From the NCBI RefSeq assembly GCF_009914755.1, contig NC_060927.1: a DNA stretch of 64,000 bases; one strand, written 5' to 3'. This document shows positions 12,590 to 25,327 of this stretch, piece after piece. A program made the translations under genes and the position numbers. The stretch's first letter is position 1, and every line of letters begins with the position of its first letter. The stretch is from the human T2T-CHM13v2.0 reference genome, Homo sapiens. The notes below the pieces were generated by a model, which saw only the letters and a program-made list of their open reading frames with translations, was not told the origin of the DNA and ran no database searches.

Positions 12590-14596
12590 CTGAAAAAGAA
12601 ACAAAAGCAAATATAAATGTGGCATCTGCCATCATAGCCTATTTATTATTCCCTACACTCTTTTTAAGTCGTTAGGAGGCAGCTGTTACTTTTTTTTCCC
12701 TCTTCAGGAAGAAAATGACTAACCTAAAATTATTAGCATCTCATTTTGTAGAATGAGGCCAGACGACTATTTTCCCTGCATTTAACCTACTTCATATTAG
12801 CGACAAAAGTCAATTATTTGAGAACCACCCTCCTATTGGGTGCATTAATTACCTGACAGCTGTAGTCTCAGCCTAGGCAGTTGAATTCTCAACATAAGAT
12901 GTTAAAGCCTGAATGTTCCCTTAGAAATGTTATACTTAAAATTTGAAGTGAAGGCGCAATTCATTCAATAGGCATTGCTCTCCATCCTCACCCATGGTAT
13001 GAGTTTACAACATAGGTCTCTTGGAGTCCATTCACTTTCACAAACTGAACAAAGGCTCCTACCCTAAGTAAGCCCATTGCAGAATTCAGTCGGGTACATC
13101 TGCCTTTTTAAGGTTTGTGTAGACAGAACTTCTTTCAAGTTCACATTATAGAGTTGAAGTATTTAGATATGAAAGTCAAATCATTACTCTCCAGGAAGTT
13201 GCCTTGCAATATCTCTTGCAGCCAGGTCTGTTTATCTGTTTCATATCTGTCGACTAAGCACTAAACTATAAACTGGTTCTGAGCACATTACAGACCAGAT
13301 TTATGCACATGGAAAGTATTGCTGGCTTCTCAGAGAGTGAATCCAAGTCCCAGAAGGTACCAGGTTAAGGTTCTTCTGCGACACTCTTATTTAGGTCTAG
13401 ACCACTAGAATGAATGGCTGCAGAGTGGACTATGGTTTCTACCTCCATCCGTGGAGGCTTTGGAAAATGAATTTCTGCTTTCACATGTTTGAAAGGCTGC
13501 CATTGGTTCCTCAGTGTCCCTGTCAACCTCCAATTCTTCCTGTCTTCTTTACTTTTCTTTCTCATATCCTTTCCTCTTCTTTTCACCTGAGAGTGGTAAA
13601 ATTATATATTCAGAATGAGATGGAGCAGGAAGAAATTTCCAACCGCAGCTTTAGTTTTTCTTCTAGGAGAAGCTTTCATGGAACTATGGAGGGCTCTGAA
13701 AAATCAGCTTCCCAGAAGCAGGTTTTGGCCAAAGGCAAGACCTAATTTGTTCTTTTGGATGAAGAACTTGAATCCAGGTTTTCTGACTCCCAGTCCAGTT
13801 CTTGTTTCTTCCCACCAGGCTGCCTTTGAGCCCTCTGTGTGTGATTCTTGCAAGCAATAGCCCACTGGATGGTATAATCTTGTGGCCCTCTTATTCACTT
13901 CTCAAACCTCCCAGGAAAGCAATAGAATAATCCCTCCTGAAGTGTTCCTTGAGCCTGTTGGATCATTTTACTGTAGTACAAGCTATGGTTGGACTAATGA
14001 AGATTATTTTTAGCTTATACATAGTTCTTCTGTACAGCTAATTAATTTTTAAATGGCTATTTTCATCATTTAATTTTGAGTCTTTTTTAGTTTCAAAGAA
14101 TTTCCGATTCTTTACTAATGATATCCCTGACTGTATAAATTCTAGGTACCTTCAGGAATAAGGGTCCATTGTGAAAGGTCTTTAGCATTCTAGTCCTTCA
14201 AAAGCAAATTCAACAGCTTCTCTTCCTTTTTATCTCTTCTTAGTCTTCCGTTGAAAATATTCCACAATTGGAGACTCATCCATTTCCTGCTGAATTATAC
14301 TTAGGCTGCTTTGAAGCTCTCTTCATATTCCAAAAGAAGAAACAGGGGTTTGGAGAGGTGAAGAGTCTCAGGTTATCAAGAGAAAAACAACACACTAGAA
14401 AACTCATCTACATGTACTTATTTCTAGTTCCACATTTCATGCACAGTTACACCAGGTTCCTGAGTTTGCAGACACCTATTTTGAGAAATGTCATTTGTTT
14501 ATAAAACATTAAATCTTGTATAGGAGCTACACCCTGAATAATAAATTAGGGACATAAATGCAATTAGAACTGAGACAAAATGATTTTGTTTCATAC

Positions 14597-14693
14597 CCAA
14601 TAGAGCAGTAATGCACTGATAAACTGGATTATGCCGTACATGGTCAAGTATTTAAATACTCCAAAGGATGAAACCAGAGCAGCTCGGCCTTCT
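14597..14693 (-). CDS. ATP13A5: ATP13A5 coding exon (~exon 24), 97 nt, EGRAALVSSFGVFKYLTMYGIIQFISALLLYW (TM5)
   Basis: acag|AGAAG acceptor, TGG|gtatga donor; EGRAAL motif. Confidence 0.95.
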
Positions 14694-15323
14694 CTGTTTA
14701 AAAAGAAATAAAAATAAAAATTGGTTATGTATGATAAATGTCTCCCAACTTCTTTTATACTTAAAACGAGTTATATTTTTAGTAGCCTGTTGACATACAT
14801 TCACTTAATCATGAATTCATCCTCCTATTTATTTAACCACTCATTCATTCATTCTCTCCTTCAATCATTACCTTACTCATCGGTTCATTTACTCACTTTT
14901 ATTTAGGGCTTATGAAGTACCAGCATTATGCTAAGAGTCATAGAGGATATAAAATGAATCAGGCACACTCCTCATTTTCAACAAGCTTTCAGTGAAGTGA
15001 GAAGATTACTATGTGTATTATAAACACAATACAACATTATGATAAGGTGCAAAATGTCAAGCATTGACTCACTTGTGACTCATTACATCTTAACAATACA
15101 TGCTTCCTGGGAATTGCATTGTGTGTGCTTTAGAGGTCCTTGGAGACATAAAGCTAAAGGATAGGTGCTTTGACATTTTAGGAAGTGTGAATGTGACTCT
15201 AATATTTGAGATTAAATGGGTAAGGAAGGCTTTGATATTGCAGGAAGACCCCAGGGTAATAATCTGAGTGGGCCATAAAGATCAAGAGATCAAGACGACA
15301 GTAAAAAATGCAGCTTAAAAAGT

Positions 15324-15532
15324 AGATATTTCTCCTTTAAAAAAATTCGGTCTTAGCTATTAACGCAGTAACAGGTTTTCTGAATGGTGGATTATGACAG
15401 GTTAGAAGAAAAAAATGTGAGGTAGCAGCATGTGATGCGAGAGTGGGACCTCAGCAAACCAGCTCTCCTTCAGCCTCCTCTGCTCAGGGCAGAAGCAATC
15501 CACATGGGACGTGACCCACATCCACTTCATTT
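15324..15532 (+). repeat. Copy 1 of a ~206-209 bp local direct duplication (copy 2 at 16961-17166)
   Basis: Manual alignment gives about 10 substitutions and one 3-nt indel. Confidence 0.95.
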
Positions 15533-16819
15533 CTACTCCCCAGTAACATGGACACCTGCTCTGCTCAAAGATGTGGTCAACAGAACAGGGACATGAAAAG
15601 AAGAACCTAAAAGCCAAACTACTAACCACTTTGTCTCAGGCAAAATGAGAAGGCAAGGGTGGGAGAGAGGCCAGGATATTTTGGGAAGATATTTTCTACC
15701 AAGCTGTGAGGTGCTGTCGTTTGTTTTCAACACTGAGGATGGAGCAGAAGACAAGCTGAGAAGGGGCAAGCATGTGAAGTATGGATCGTTTTCCCAAGTC
15801 TGATATAAACATTGCGATTTCATTGTTTTTTTCTGCAATCGTGCATAGTTCCAGGAAAATTAAGACACCCAGATTCAAAGGAAAGTACAAGAAACTATTC
15901 TAAGTAAAGGATAAATGGGCCTCCAAAATTACTGCTATTCCTAATGATTGTGAATTTTAAGTAGCTCATGCATTTATCTACGCATTCTACAAACGTTCAC
16001 TGAATGCTCTGATATACCCAGCATAGTGCTAGGCATAATGCTTGATACAAAAATCACTAAGACACAGTCTCTGCCCTAAAGGACTTGAACTATAGCAACA
16101 AGTAAATCATGTTTCAAAAGACAAAGATGAAAATCCGTGGATTTGATCCTATGCATCTAAAACTGTATCTCATTGCCTCTCTGGAGTGCTTTCTCAGGAA
16201 TAAGTATGCATCAAGGATAGAAAAAGTAAAATGAGCCTAACAGAGCTGAACCATATCTAATTTTTATGAGTCTATGAAATATAAAAGCAAGGAGTTTCTA
16301 CCCTAGCGTCTTACTGAGCCATCTGCCACTGGAGAAATTTTACATCATGACTTGTATTCCGTAACAGTACACTGCACTCATAAATGCACTGGGCCACATG
16401 CATGAGGAGGAGCATCTGAAGTTCGAATGCCACTGCATGTTGAATGGATCAAGTAGGCACTTTGCACTGTTATCCAGGAGCTCAAACTCCCTGCAAGGTC
16501 TCCACATCTGGTTGTCTAGCTTAACCACCACAATTCTCATCTGAGAAGTCTTCTAGCCCAGTTGCACCAACTGGCCCCTGCATTCTCCAGTTACAACACT
16601 GTGTCTAAACATGGCTGCCGCATTTTCCCCACCTGGAATTCCTTCTCACCTCCTTTCTGTTTACATAAGTCTCACCCATTTTTCAAGTTGCAACTCCCCT
16701 ACTGAAAGCTTCCCTCCTGGCTTGAGTTCTCACACTCAACTGCCAGAACATTTGCTGTCTTGTTTGGACATTAATTTATTTCAAGCAAATTTATTGAGCA
16801 CGTCCCATGTATCAGACAT

Positions 16820-17276
16820 TGTATATATATAATTTTGTGTGTGTATGTGTGTGTATAAAACATGCCTGATGCATGAGAGACACTCAATAAATAATGTATA
16901 TATTTGTGTGTATGTGTGTGTATATATGTTAATGTATGTATATATGTATATATGTAAAGGAGATATTTCTCCTTTAAAAAAATTCAGTCTTAGCTGTTAA
17001 TGCGGTAACAGGTTTTCTGAATGGTGGATTATGACAGGTTAAAAGAAGACGTGAGGTAGCAGCACGTGATGCGAGAGTGGGACCTCAGCAAACCAGCTCT
17101 CCTTCAGCCTCCTCTGGTCAGGGCAGAAGCAATCCACATGGGAAGTGACCCACATCCACTTCATTTGTATGTGTGTGTGTATATAAATATATATACACAC
17201 ACACACATATTTATATATACATTCATATATATGTATATATGTATTTATGTAAATATATGTAACATGTTACACATAT

Positions 17277-17309
<33 letters not shown>

Positions 17310-17310
17310 T
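16820..17310. repeat. Compound (TG)n/(TA)n/(CA)n low-complexity tract interrupted by the duplicated segment
   Basis: Directly visible dinucleotide runs at about 16820-16955 and 17167-17310. Confidence 0.9.
16961..17166 (+). repeat. Copy 2 of the local direct duplication, embedded in a (TA/TG/CA)n tract
   Basis: Matches 15324-15532 at about 95%; flanked on both sides by TATG/TG/TA microsatellite. Confidence 0.95.
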
Positions 17311-18128
17311 AATTTTTGCTGGAATGTAAATTCTCCGGGGGCAAGACTCTCTCATTCTTTACATTTCCAAGCACACTTGTAAAGAGCTCCATGAGTTGTA
17401 TTGACAATGGAAAGCATAAAATAAGGCGAGGGTTCTGAGTACTATCATCATGTAGTCACCATGACACAAACCAAGGTTAAGACACTAGAGATAGTAACCA
17501 AAGGGCTTAGAGATACTCTGCAAAATAAATCAGTAAAACATAATGCTTGTTTGGTTATGGGTGAAGAAGAGGAAGGAGTTACACGCACTCTAAGGGTCTG
17601 AACCTCAATGGCAGACTCCAAGGAGTAGACTGTTCTTAGAAGCAAGGAAAGTGGGAGTTGGGAAGAGGAGCTGCTTTGGAGGCAGGGGAAGTGATCGTGT
17701 TTGAGGGTGTGAAAGGACACACGTGCAGACACCCAGTGTTCAGGGTGTTGTGTAAAGCTGTCTTGCTGATATGCAGCCAACCAGGGGTGTGGAATTTTAG
17801 ACCTGCTACCTTTAGGTCAGTGATTCCTGCCAGTGACCTGTTTATTCTGATGCACCAAAGGACATGCTGGGGAACTTCATGGCTGTCTTTTTTGTATGAA
17901 TCTCAAAATCTGGTGATGGTTTTCAGATCACTGCCCATGAAAATGCCCAGAAATTATCCATAAGTGCTATAGGAAACAATAGATAAATCAGATTTATGAA
18001 TAAAACATAAAACTGGGTGTTTTGTTCTTAACTACATTTAAAATATAAGTAGACATGAGATCAGAAATCAGAGTGGAGTGGAGGGGAGGGAAGCATGCTG
18101 TGAAAATAAACGTCTGTTAATGGCTTCC

Positions 18129-18470
18129 TGTATTAGTCCATTTTCACACTGCCATAAAGATTACTACCTGAGACAGGGTAATTTGTAAACAAAAGAGGTT
18201 TAATTGACTTACAATTCCACATGGCTGGGGAAGCCTCAGGAAACTTACAAAGATGGCGAAGGTGAAGGAGAAGTGGGCACCTTCTTCACAAGACAAGAGA
18301 GAGGAAGCACGCAGGGGAAACTGCCACTTTAAAATTCATCACATCTCATGAGAACTCCCTCACTATCATGAGAACAGCATCGGGGAAACTGCCCCCATGA
18401 TCCAGTCAACAGGCTGGGAACCACAACTCCAGATGAGATTTGGGTGGGAACACAAAGCCAAACCATATCA
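18129..18470 (-). mobile_element. MST/THE1-group MaLR solo LTR (MSTA-like)
   Basis: TGTATTAGTCC...CCAAACCATATCA termini; perfect 5-bp TSD CTTCC. Confidence 0.9.
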
Positions 18471-18944
18471 CTTCCCCTTCCCTGACACTGTCAATCAACT
18501 TTTTATGTAAAAGATATTGGATATTTACTAATTTGCATTTTGGAGACATGTAATAGTATTTAGGGAAGCTATCTAATGAAGTATTTCCTTTCTGCTTCCT
18601 CATCCATCCAAAATTCCTGAGAGAAATGTTACAGGAAGCATCCAACATACCAAATAGAGGAGAGAAAAAGTAAGAAATACAATTAGTTTTAAAACATCAA
18701 GTCAAGCTTTCAACTGTTTACATGATACCCACCTATCCTTTAAGGCTCAGCAAAAGTCACTTTTCTGTGGCTTTTACCAGCACTCTTGAGTAACACTAAT
18801 GGCCCCCTTCATTGGTTCTCCAATAGCACTTCACCCATTCCTCTGTTGCAGCATTTATCACTTTAGCTTGTAGTTGAATTCTGTCTGCAGAGCCAGACAA
18901 TGGGCCCATTGATTGTAGGGCTGGAAGAGGAAAAAATGACTTAC

Positions 18945-19054
18945 CTGATGAGATGAGGCACACACTGGATGTTGGTTGTTTTAGAGGTAAAAGGGGATGC
19001 CACAGATGCTTCCTGCTCTGATAATGAAATGCCTGCATGAGCCGCTTTCAAAGC
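18945..19054 (-). CDS. ATP13A5: ATP13A5 coding exon (~exon 23), 110 nt, [24 protein letters not shown]...PHLI(R)
   Basis: ccag|GCTTT acceptor, CAG|gtaagt donor; [10 protein letters not shown] motif. Confidence 0.95.
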
Positions 19055-20712
19055 CTGGAATGATAAGCCCATGTCTCACCCATGACTTTTCAGGTTAGGC
19101 TTTACCTCTTAAAACACCAAGAGGCTGTTCTTCACATCATAAAGGTATAACACTGTACTGTTTCATCTTTGGGTCTCTGTTTAATGCTGTCCCTCCACCT
19201 GGAGTGCCCTCTCTCCCCTGATCCACAAAGTCACTAACTAAACAATGACCCAGAGGTAGAAAAGTGGTGTGTGTACATGCATGCGTGTGTGCATGTGGGC
19301 ATGTGCATACAAGGGCCCTGCCTGTGGGGATTATAGATGTGAAAAGGAGATGGAAGCCCTCATTCAAAAACTCAATTAAAAAGATGACAGAATTTGGATG
19401 GACGTTGGTTGGGGACCTTCACCGTTTCAGTTCTTGTACCTGGTGGGAATCTTCATGAACAAAGGTGAAAGAATTCCTAGGCCGATCCTATAAGAATTGT
19501 GTGGGCATAAAATGAACTTTTATATATCTGTAGTTCCACAGAACTACAGAGTACCTGGCGCCATGAGTACATACTAGATTCAGGTTTAATAAATAATAGG
19601 ACATTTTCTTCTTCCTCTTTGATCTCTAGTTCGTATCTCTATTATGTACTTTAGGACCATCTACTTTATGTTAGGGTTAGTTTTATTCATGATTCTTTCT
19701 TCATCAGACAATGAACTCTTTAGGAGGCAGAGACTATGTCCCTTTTTGCATTTGATTTTTTTGTTTTATTCTAAACGCCACATAATTAATGTGAGAGGAT
19801 ACGTATTCTAGATTTGAAAGAACAGACTAAAAATTAGCTTTTTCTCATGAAACATAAAGCAAAAAACATCTCTAGCTATAAAAATTTCTAGCTATAAACA
19901 CAGTTTTCACAGAAATTTGGAAATAATATTTAAGAGAGAAATAAAACAAATACCAAGATCTTAAATCTCTAATAAGCTTTGGAAATACAAAGAAATCTTC
20001 CTCACTTCTTGTCCCATAAATCAGCTACTGAAATATTTCCTTAAGTACATAATCTTGAAGGTAGACTATTTGTTTCCTTCATGTCTTTAAAACTCAGAAT
20101 ATAAAACATTCACTGCCCTTCTACTGCATATGAAAAATAATTTGCTGATAATCATTTTATTTAGCTTTTTCTATAGCATAAAATAACTAAATAGTTTGGT
20201 CTAGGATTTTACTGAGTGAAAGAGTTCTGGGTGAAGCAAACTTAAAAACTAACCAGAGAATGAAAGTTTGGCAGGAATAAATATAATTTACATATAATTC
20301 AAAACTTTAATCATCAGTTTCAAACTTCGTTTCATTGAGTCTTTATCAGTTGTGTGACCTTGGGAGGGGGGAAGAAATCACCTCCTTGAGAAATCATTTC
20401 ATTACTGATAACAGGAAAGATTTAAAGCAGATAGACTTGTAAAGTTCCATCTTTGGAACCTGAAATATGGGAGTCTAAGTAGCCTTCCTTTGTGTTTATT
20501 ATTCTAGGAGTTTCCAGAAAGCATCGGAAGTGTCTCATCTCCCTTTACTCCCCTCCGCTTCCAACCCACACTCAGGTAGAGGTGGATATAAACAGCAAAA
20601 TAATCAAATGGTTGCTGGTGGAAGGATGAAGAGACAAACCCCAGGAGAGCCTGAGGTCCTCCAGAGGGATATTAGTGAGTGGCTTGTCTGAGCAAAAGCC
20701 ATTTCTACTCAC

Positions 20713-20755
20713 CCCACAGTCGTTAGCTCCATCTCCACACATGCCCACATAATAA
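20713..20755 (-). CDS. ATP13A5: ATP13A5 coding micro-exon (~exon 22), 43 nt, YYVGMCGDGANDCG
   Basis: gcag|TTATT acceptor, GGG|gtgagt donor; hinge motif GDGAND. Confidence 0.95.
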
Positions 20756-21563
20756 CTGCGGGAGACAGGAGAAGAAGGATTAATAGGTAAGAAAAATGAA
20801 CAGCTCACTTGAATATTTTCCATCATAACTAAGTCACATGTGATTTGTGTGTATGTGTGTGTCCCCTGAACACACCTGGAATCAGGCTGAAGAAAAATGG
20901 TTTGGAGAGACATATTCCCAGAGGGAAAAGGCAGTTGCGTTATTTAAGTTGTTTCAATCAATCACATTGAAATGGTAGTGATATAACCAAGGACATCGGC
21001 AAAACAGTGATTGCACACTTTAAAAGAAGTCCTGCTTGATGATACGCACCAAGGCCAAGCTTAAGAGTATGCAGTCATGAGCAGAGCACTTCCCACACAA
21101 CCTAATGCAGAGATCATAACCCAATCCAGCTGCATTTTAGTCACTGACTGTTGCTGAGCATTTACAGCTCAAATACCAGGATGAGAAATTTCAAAAACAG
21201 TTTAACAGATATAACTAGAGACATATATTCATATTTTTGATGCATGTCAGGGTGAAAATAAGATATGTTTTCCATCTATATCAGTTTGGTGTGCAAGCAC
21301 AATACAAATAGAAGAGTAAAAATTAATACGGCTGCCAAAGAAAAGGAGTTTCAGATGTAAGACACTGCCTGCCTTCTATTATAAGTTATACATTATAAGT
21401 ATTGATAAATGACAATATTCTTAAAGACTTAGCTGCATTTTTCTAAAAACAGAGTTATGAAATCAATAAGGAGAAAAAATAAAGTTTTGTTAGCGTTTCG
21501 TTATTATTAGTTAATGCATAAGAAACAACCACTTTTATAGGTCAAAAACAGTTAATTAAATGT

Positions 21564-21858
21564 GGCCAGGCACGGTGGCTCACACCTGTAATCCCAGCAT
21601 TTTGGGAGGCTGAGGCAGGCGGATCTTGAGGTCAGGAGTTCGAGACCAGCCTAGCCAACACAGTGAAACCCCATCTCTACTAAAGATAGAAAAAATCAGC
21701 TGGGCATGGTGGTGTGCTCCTGTAATCTCAGCTACTTGGGAGGCTGAGGCAGGGGGATTGCTTGAACCTTGGAAGCGGAGGCTGCGGTGAGCCGATATTG
21801 CACCGCTGCACTCCAGCCTGGGCAACAAAGCGAGACTCTGTCTCAAAAACAAAAAAAA
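21564..21858 (+). mobile_element. AluS-family SINE, full length
   Basis: GGCCAGGCACGGTGGCTCAC start, two arms, A tail; degenerate TSD ..TAAATGT/..CAAATGT. Confidence 0.95.
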
Positions 21859-22844
21859 GTCAAATGTAGGCACACCCCTATGGTTCAATCCGATACTGGG
21901 CTGTGTAGATGAAAATAATCATGCTATATATGTTCATGTCATGACTACCCACAATTGTTGAAAAATGGCTCCTTCTTTCAGGCTTAAAGCACATATTTAG
22001 TCTCTATATCACATCAAGAATCTTATCATCTTCTAGTATTCCCTGAATTCAGAAAGAGAATGCAGACAGCCTTATGCACATTGCCAATGACAAAGGCATG
22101 AGGAGGAAGATTGGGATGTTGAGAAGACAGCTCATTCTGAGGCAGTGTGTGTCTTCCTGAATTCATTTTTTAAGGGGAATATGGCTTTTCAAAGTTAGGC
22201 ATTTTAGTTGGCAAAATTTCTCAGGCATTTGAAAAAGGTAAAATTACTTTCTTCAGCAATATCATGTAATGATCATGTGAATGAAATAGTCATTTAGTCA
22301 CTGGTTACTTACCCAGCCTCAGGCATTCTGGAAGTTAATAGGCAGTTTGTAAGACTTCCCTATGAATGCTTGGGTAACAAAATCTAACAATAAAAGGGTG
22401 TCTCCTGATTTCACCAACAACTCACCAGCCATCATCTAAAGATTCACTACCCTATGTTCCTTTTCACTTCCTAGACTCTGCAGCCCCAAACTGTTACATT
22501 CCCAGAAACCAGTAGGTAGATCTGGTCTCAAGAAGTACCATTTCACTATAAGGTAACTTGGTCATCTTTATTTTTGAAGGGGGTAATAAAGGACTTTCTC
22601 TTGACTTTCCCTGCTGGGGCCAGATAAAGGCAAAATGCTATTTCACCTCTTGCTAAGAAGACCAGAAATTATTCACATATCTTCTAATGGACCAACCTAA
22701 AATAATTCCAGGGTATAACGCACCTACTTCCCCATTTTTCTGATTCTAAGCTATACAACCTGCCCCACTATTTCTGCTACATCCAAGCATGGGAGGGTTC
22801 TCTAAGATATATGCCTTATGGCCCACAGAACAAATGCTCTCTGG

Positions 22845-23990
22845 AATAGGTAACTTCTAAATGGCCCTCAGCGATCCCCAGCTCCTGGCATCCACGCCCT
22901 GTGTAATCCACTCCCCTGGACGTGGGCTGGATCTAGTGGCTTACTCCTAAGGAAGGGAATACGGCAAGGGTGATGAGACTGGCATATAAAAAACAGCAAC
23001 ATCCGTCTTGTGTGCTCTGTCTCTGGTTCTTCTTGCTTGCTTGCTCTTTTAGAAGTCAACTGTTGCACTGTGAGCTTCCTTATGCAATGGCCCCTGTCAC
23101 AAGGAACTGAGGTTGGCTTCTGTCCGCTAGCCAGTGAAAAACTGAGGTTCAGTCCAACCGCTCATGAGGCACTGAGCATTCAACATGTGAATGAGGCTGG
23201 TGAGAGATTTTTTTCCCCACTCAAGCCAGTGCTTGAATTTTTTTTTAATCCCCTTTTTTAAACTTTTATTTTAGGTTTGGAGAACATGTGCAGATTTGTT
23301 ATACGAGGGAACTCATGTCACGGAGGTTTGTTTTACAGATTATTTCATCACCCAGGAATTAAGCCCAGTACCCAGTAGTTATTTTTTCTGCTCCTCTTCC
23401 TCCTCCCACCCTCTGCTCTCAAGTAGACCCCAATATCTGTGTTTTTCTTCTTTGTGTCCATGTGTTCTCATCATTTAGCTTCCACTTGTAAGTGAGAACA
23501 CAGTATTTGATTTTCTGTTCCTGCATTAGTTTGCTAAGGATAATAGCCTCCATTTCCATCTGTGTTCCTGCAGAAGTCATAATCTCATTCTTTTTTATGA
23601 CTGCACTGTATTCCATGGTGTGTACGTACCACATTTTCTTTGTCCAATCTGTCATTGCTGGGCATTTAGGTTGATTCTATGTCTTTGCTATTGTGAATAG
23701 TGCTGCAGTGAACAGTCACATGCATGTGTCTTTATGGTAGAATGATTTATATTCCTCTAGGTATATAGCCAGCATTGGGGTTGCTGGTTCAAATGGTAGT
23801 TCTGTTTTAGCTCTTTGAGGAATTGTCATACTGCTTTCTACAATGGCTGAACTAATTTACACTCCCACCAATAGTGTATAAGTGTTCCCTTTTCTCTGCA
23901 ATCTTGCCAACATTTGTTATTTTTGACTTTTTAATAATAGCCATTCTGACTCACACCTGAATTATTGACCCATAGGTAGCAAGAGTTAAT
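22845..23990 (+). mobile_element. MLT1-family LTR (MLT1E/F-like) split by an L1 insertion
   Basis: MLT1 motifs at 22860-23230 (GCCCTGTGTAATCCACTCCCC, GCCAGTGAAAAACTGAGG) appear to resume after the L1 at about 23952 (CACCTGAATTATTGACCCATAG). Confidence 0.6.
23240..23951 (-). mobile_element. L1 3' end fragment (old L1PA/L1PB-like)
   Basis: Poly-T at left; minus-strand ORF2 C-terminal peptide KKMWYVHTMEYSAVIKKNEI; 3'UTR signature. Confidence 0.9.
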
Positions 23991-24023
23991 GAGCACACTC
24001 TTCTTTCATGCCATGACACCTAC

Positions 24024-24103
24024 TTTAATTTCTGAAATTCTTCAATAAGGCTTGATTTCTGCCCAGGAGACATTCTTGCAAAAACTGTTCCATTCACCAG
24101 AAT
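24024..24103 (-). CDS. ATP13A5: ATP13A5 coding exon (~exon 21), 80 nt, ILVNGTVFARMSPGQKSSLIEEFQKL(N)
   Basis: ttag|ATTCT acceptor, AAA|gtaggt donor; VFARMSPxQK motif. Confidence 0.95.
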
Positions 24104-25201
24104 CTAAAAAGAAAAAACAACCATTGCAATATGATTGGGAAGAAGAAAACTTTTAAAAATAAAAGAACAGCCCTGAAAAATCACTCCTGGTTACTAATTT
24201 AATACAGCATTGGATGGTATGTCATTAGACCAATACCAGGAAGGGAAATAAGGAGATTTAACACTTTAATATTGAAATTTCACTTAAAGTCCTCCATCAC
24301 AACTCCATTACTTTTTTCCCAGACTATTTTTCCAAGATGGGGTGACCACTAATCAATAATACTACAGTAACTAAGAAGCAGAAGAGCATATGGAATAAAA
24401 ATGCTTGAGGAAACACAGTTCTTTCCTGATAGACACCATCTCCATAATCATAGCATAGACAGAGGAAAGGCTGGAAGCTGAGAAACAAGGCTCTGTTCTC
24501 AGCTGTGCCAGCTAGCTGTGCACACCTTAGACAAGCAGATTAATATCTCTGAGTCTCAGCTTTCCCTGAACTGAACTAAGAGCTTTCTAGAAGCCTTTGG
24601 GGTCTAGATTCTGTGGACTTTGACTGCTAGGGTGACAGAATTTTCATGACACTGCTAACAGATAGTTGCTGCCCTCCCCTTGTGCTCCATTAATCTCCCG
24701 CACATTGACAGTGCAACCCTGCACAGCACTATTTTAAAACAGGACACACAGAGGACAAGATAACAAATGACTCTGAAAATAAACCATGGGGCCTTTGTTT
24801 CCTCTTGCTGTAATTTAAGAATCCAGGCAAGAAGGGGAATAGAGCTTAGCCTGACATGAGCTGGTTGGTTTCAGAGAGAAGCTGGCCCTCAAAACAAGCA
24901 CCGTGTTTGGAACTCTGCCGTTCTCCTGGGTGGGGAGGGAAAGAAGGAGGAAGGCTGAACTGGCCACAGGGGTGAGAGAAGGTACCAGAACTCAAACTCT
25001 GAACGGGAGGCCGTGGGTCTGCCTGGGACCGAGAAGGCATAAAAAGGGCCAGAAAACTTTTTCAGGAGCAGTACTCCTTTGGGGGTGTTTATTCTCTAAC
25101 TGTGAGGCAACCTCAGTGATCACTGTTTTCAATACTCTCCTCCTCCTTTCGCCTCGCTGATTTGAGGAGCAAAACAAAACACTTCTTTCTTCAGTACTTA
25201 C

Positions 25202-25327
25202 TTTTGGAAGCAAGCTGTTGAAATGCTGAAATATCACTTGGTATGATTTCCCACTCATTGCAAAATGGTAACAGCTTCCTCCTTCCCCACGAGGGGTTGA
25301 ACTGTTTCCAGTATGCATGTAGATTTC
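25202..25327 (-). CDS. ATP13A5: ATP13A5 coding exon (~exon 20), 126 nt, EIYMHTGNSSTP...YHFAMSGKSYQVIFQHFNSLLPK
   Basis: ttag|GAAAT acceptor, AAA|gtaagt donor; phase 0 to 0. Confidence 0.94.

Noticed and set aside
16788-16892. Imperfect ~32-bp inverted repeat flanking a TG tract
   Set aside because: Best explained as two opposed L2 3' tails (about 70% identity), a common arrangement.
19870-19898. TCTAGCTATAAA repeated twice 16 nt apart
   Set aside because: Ordinary short slippage duplication.
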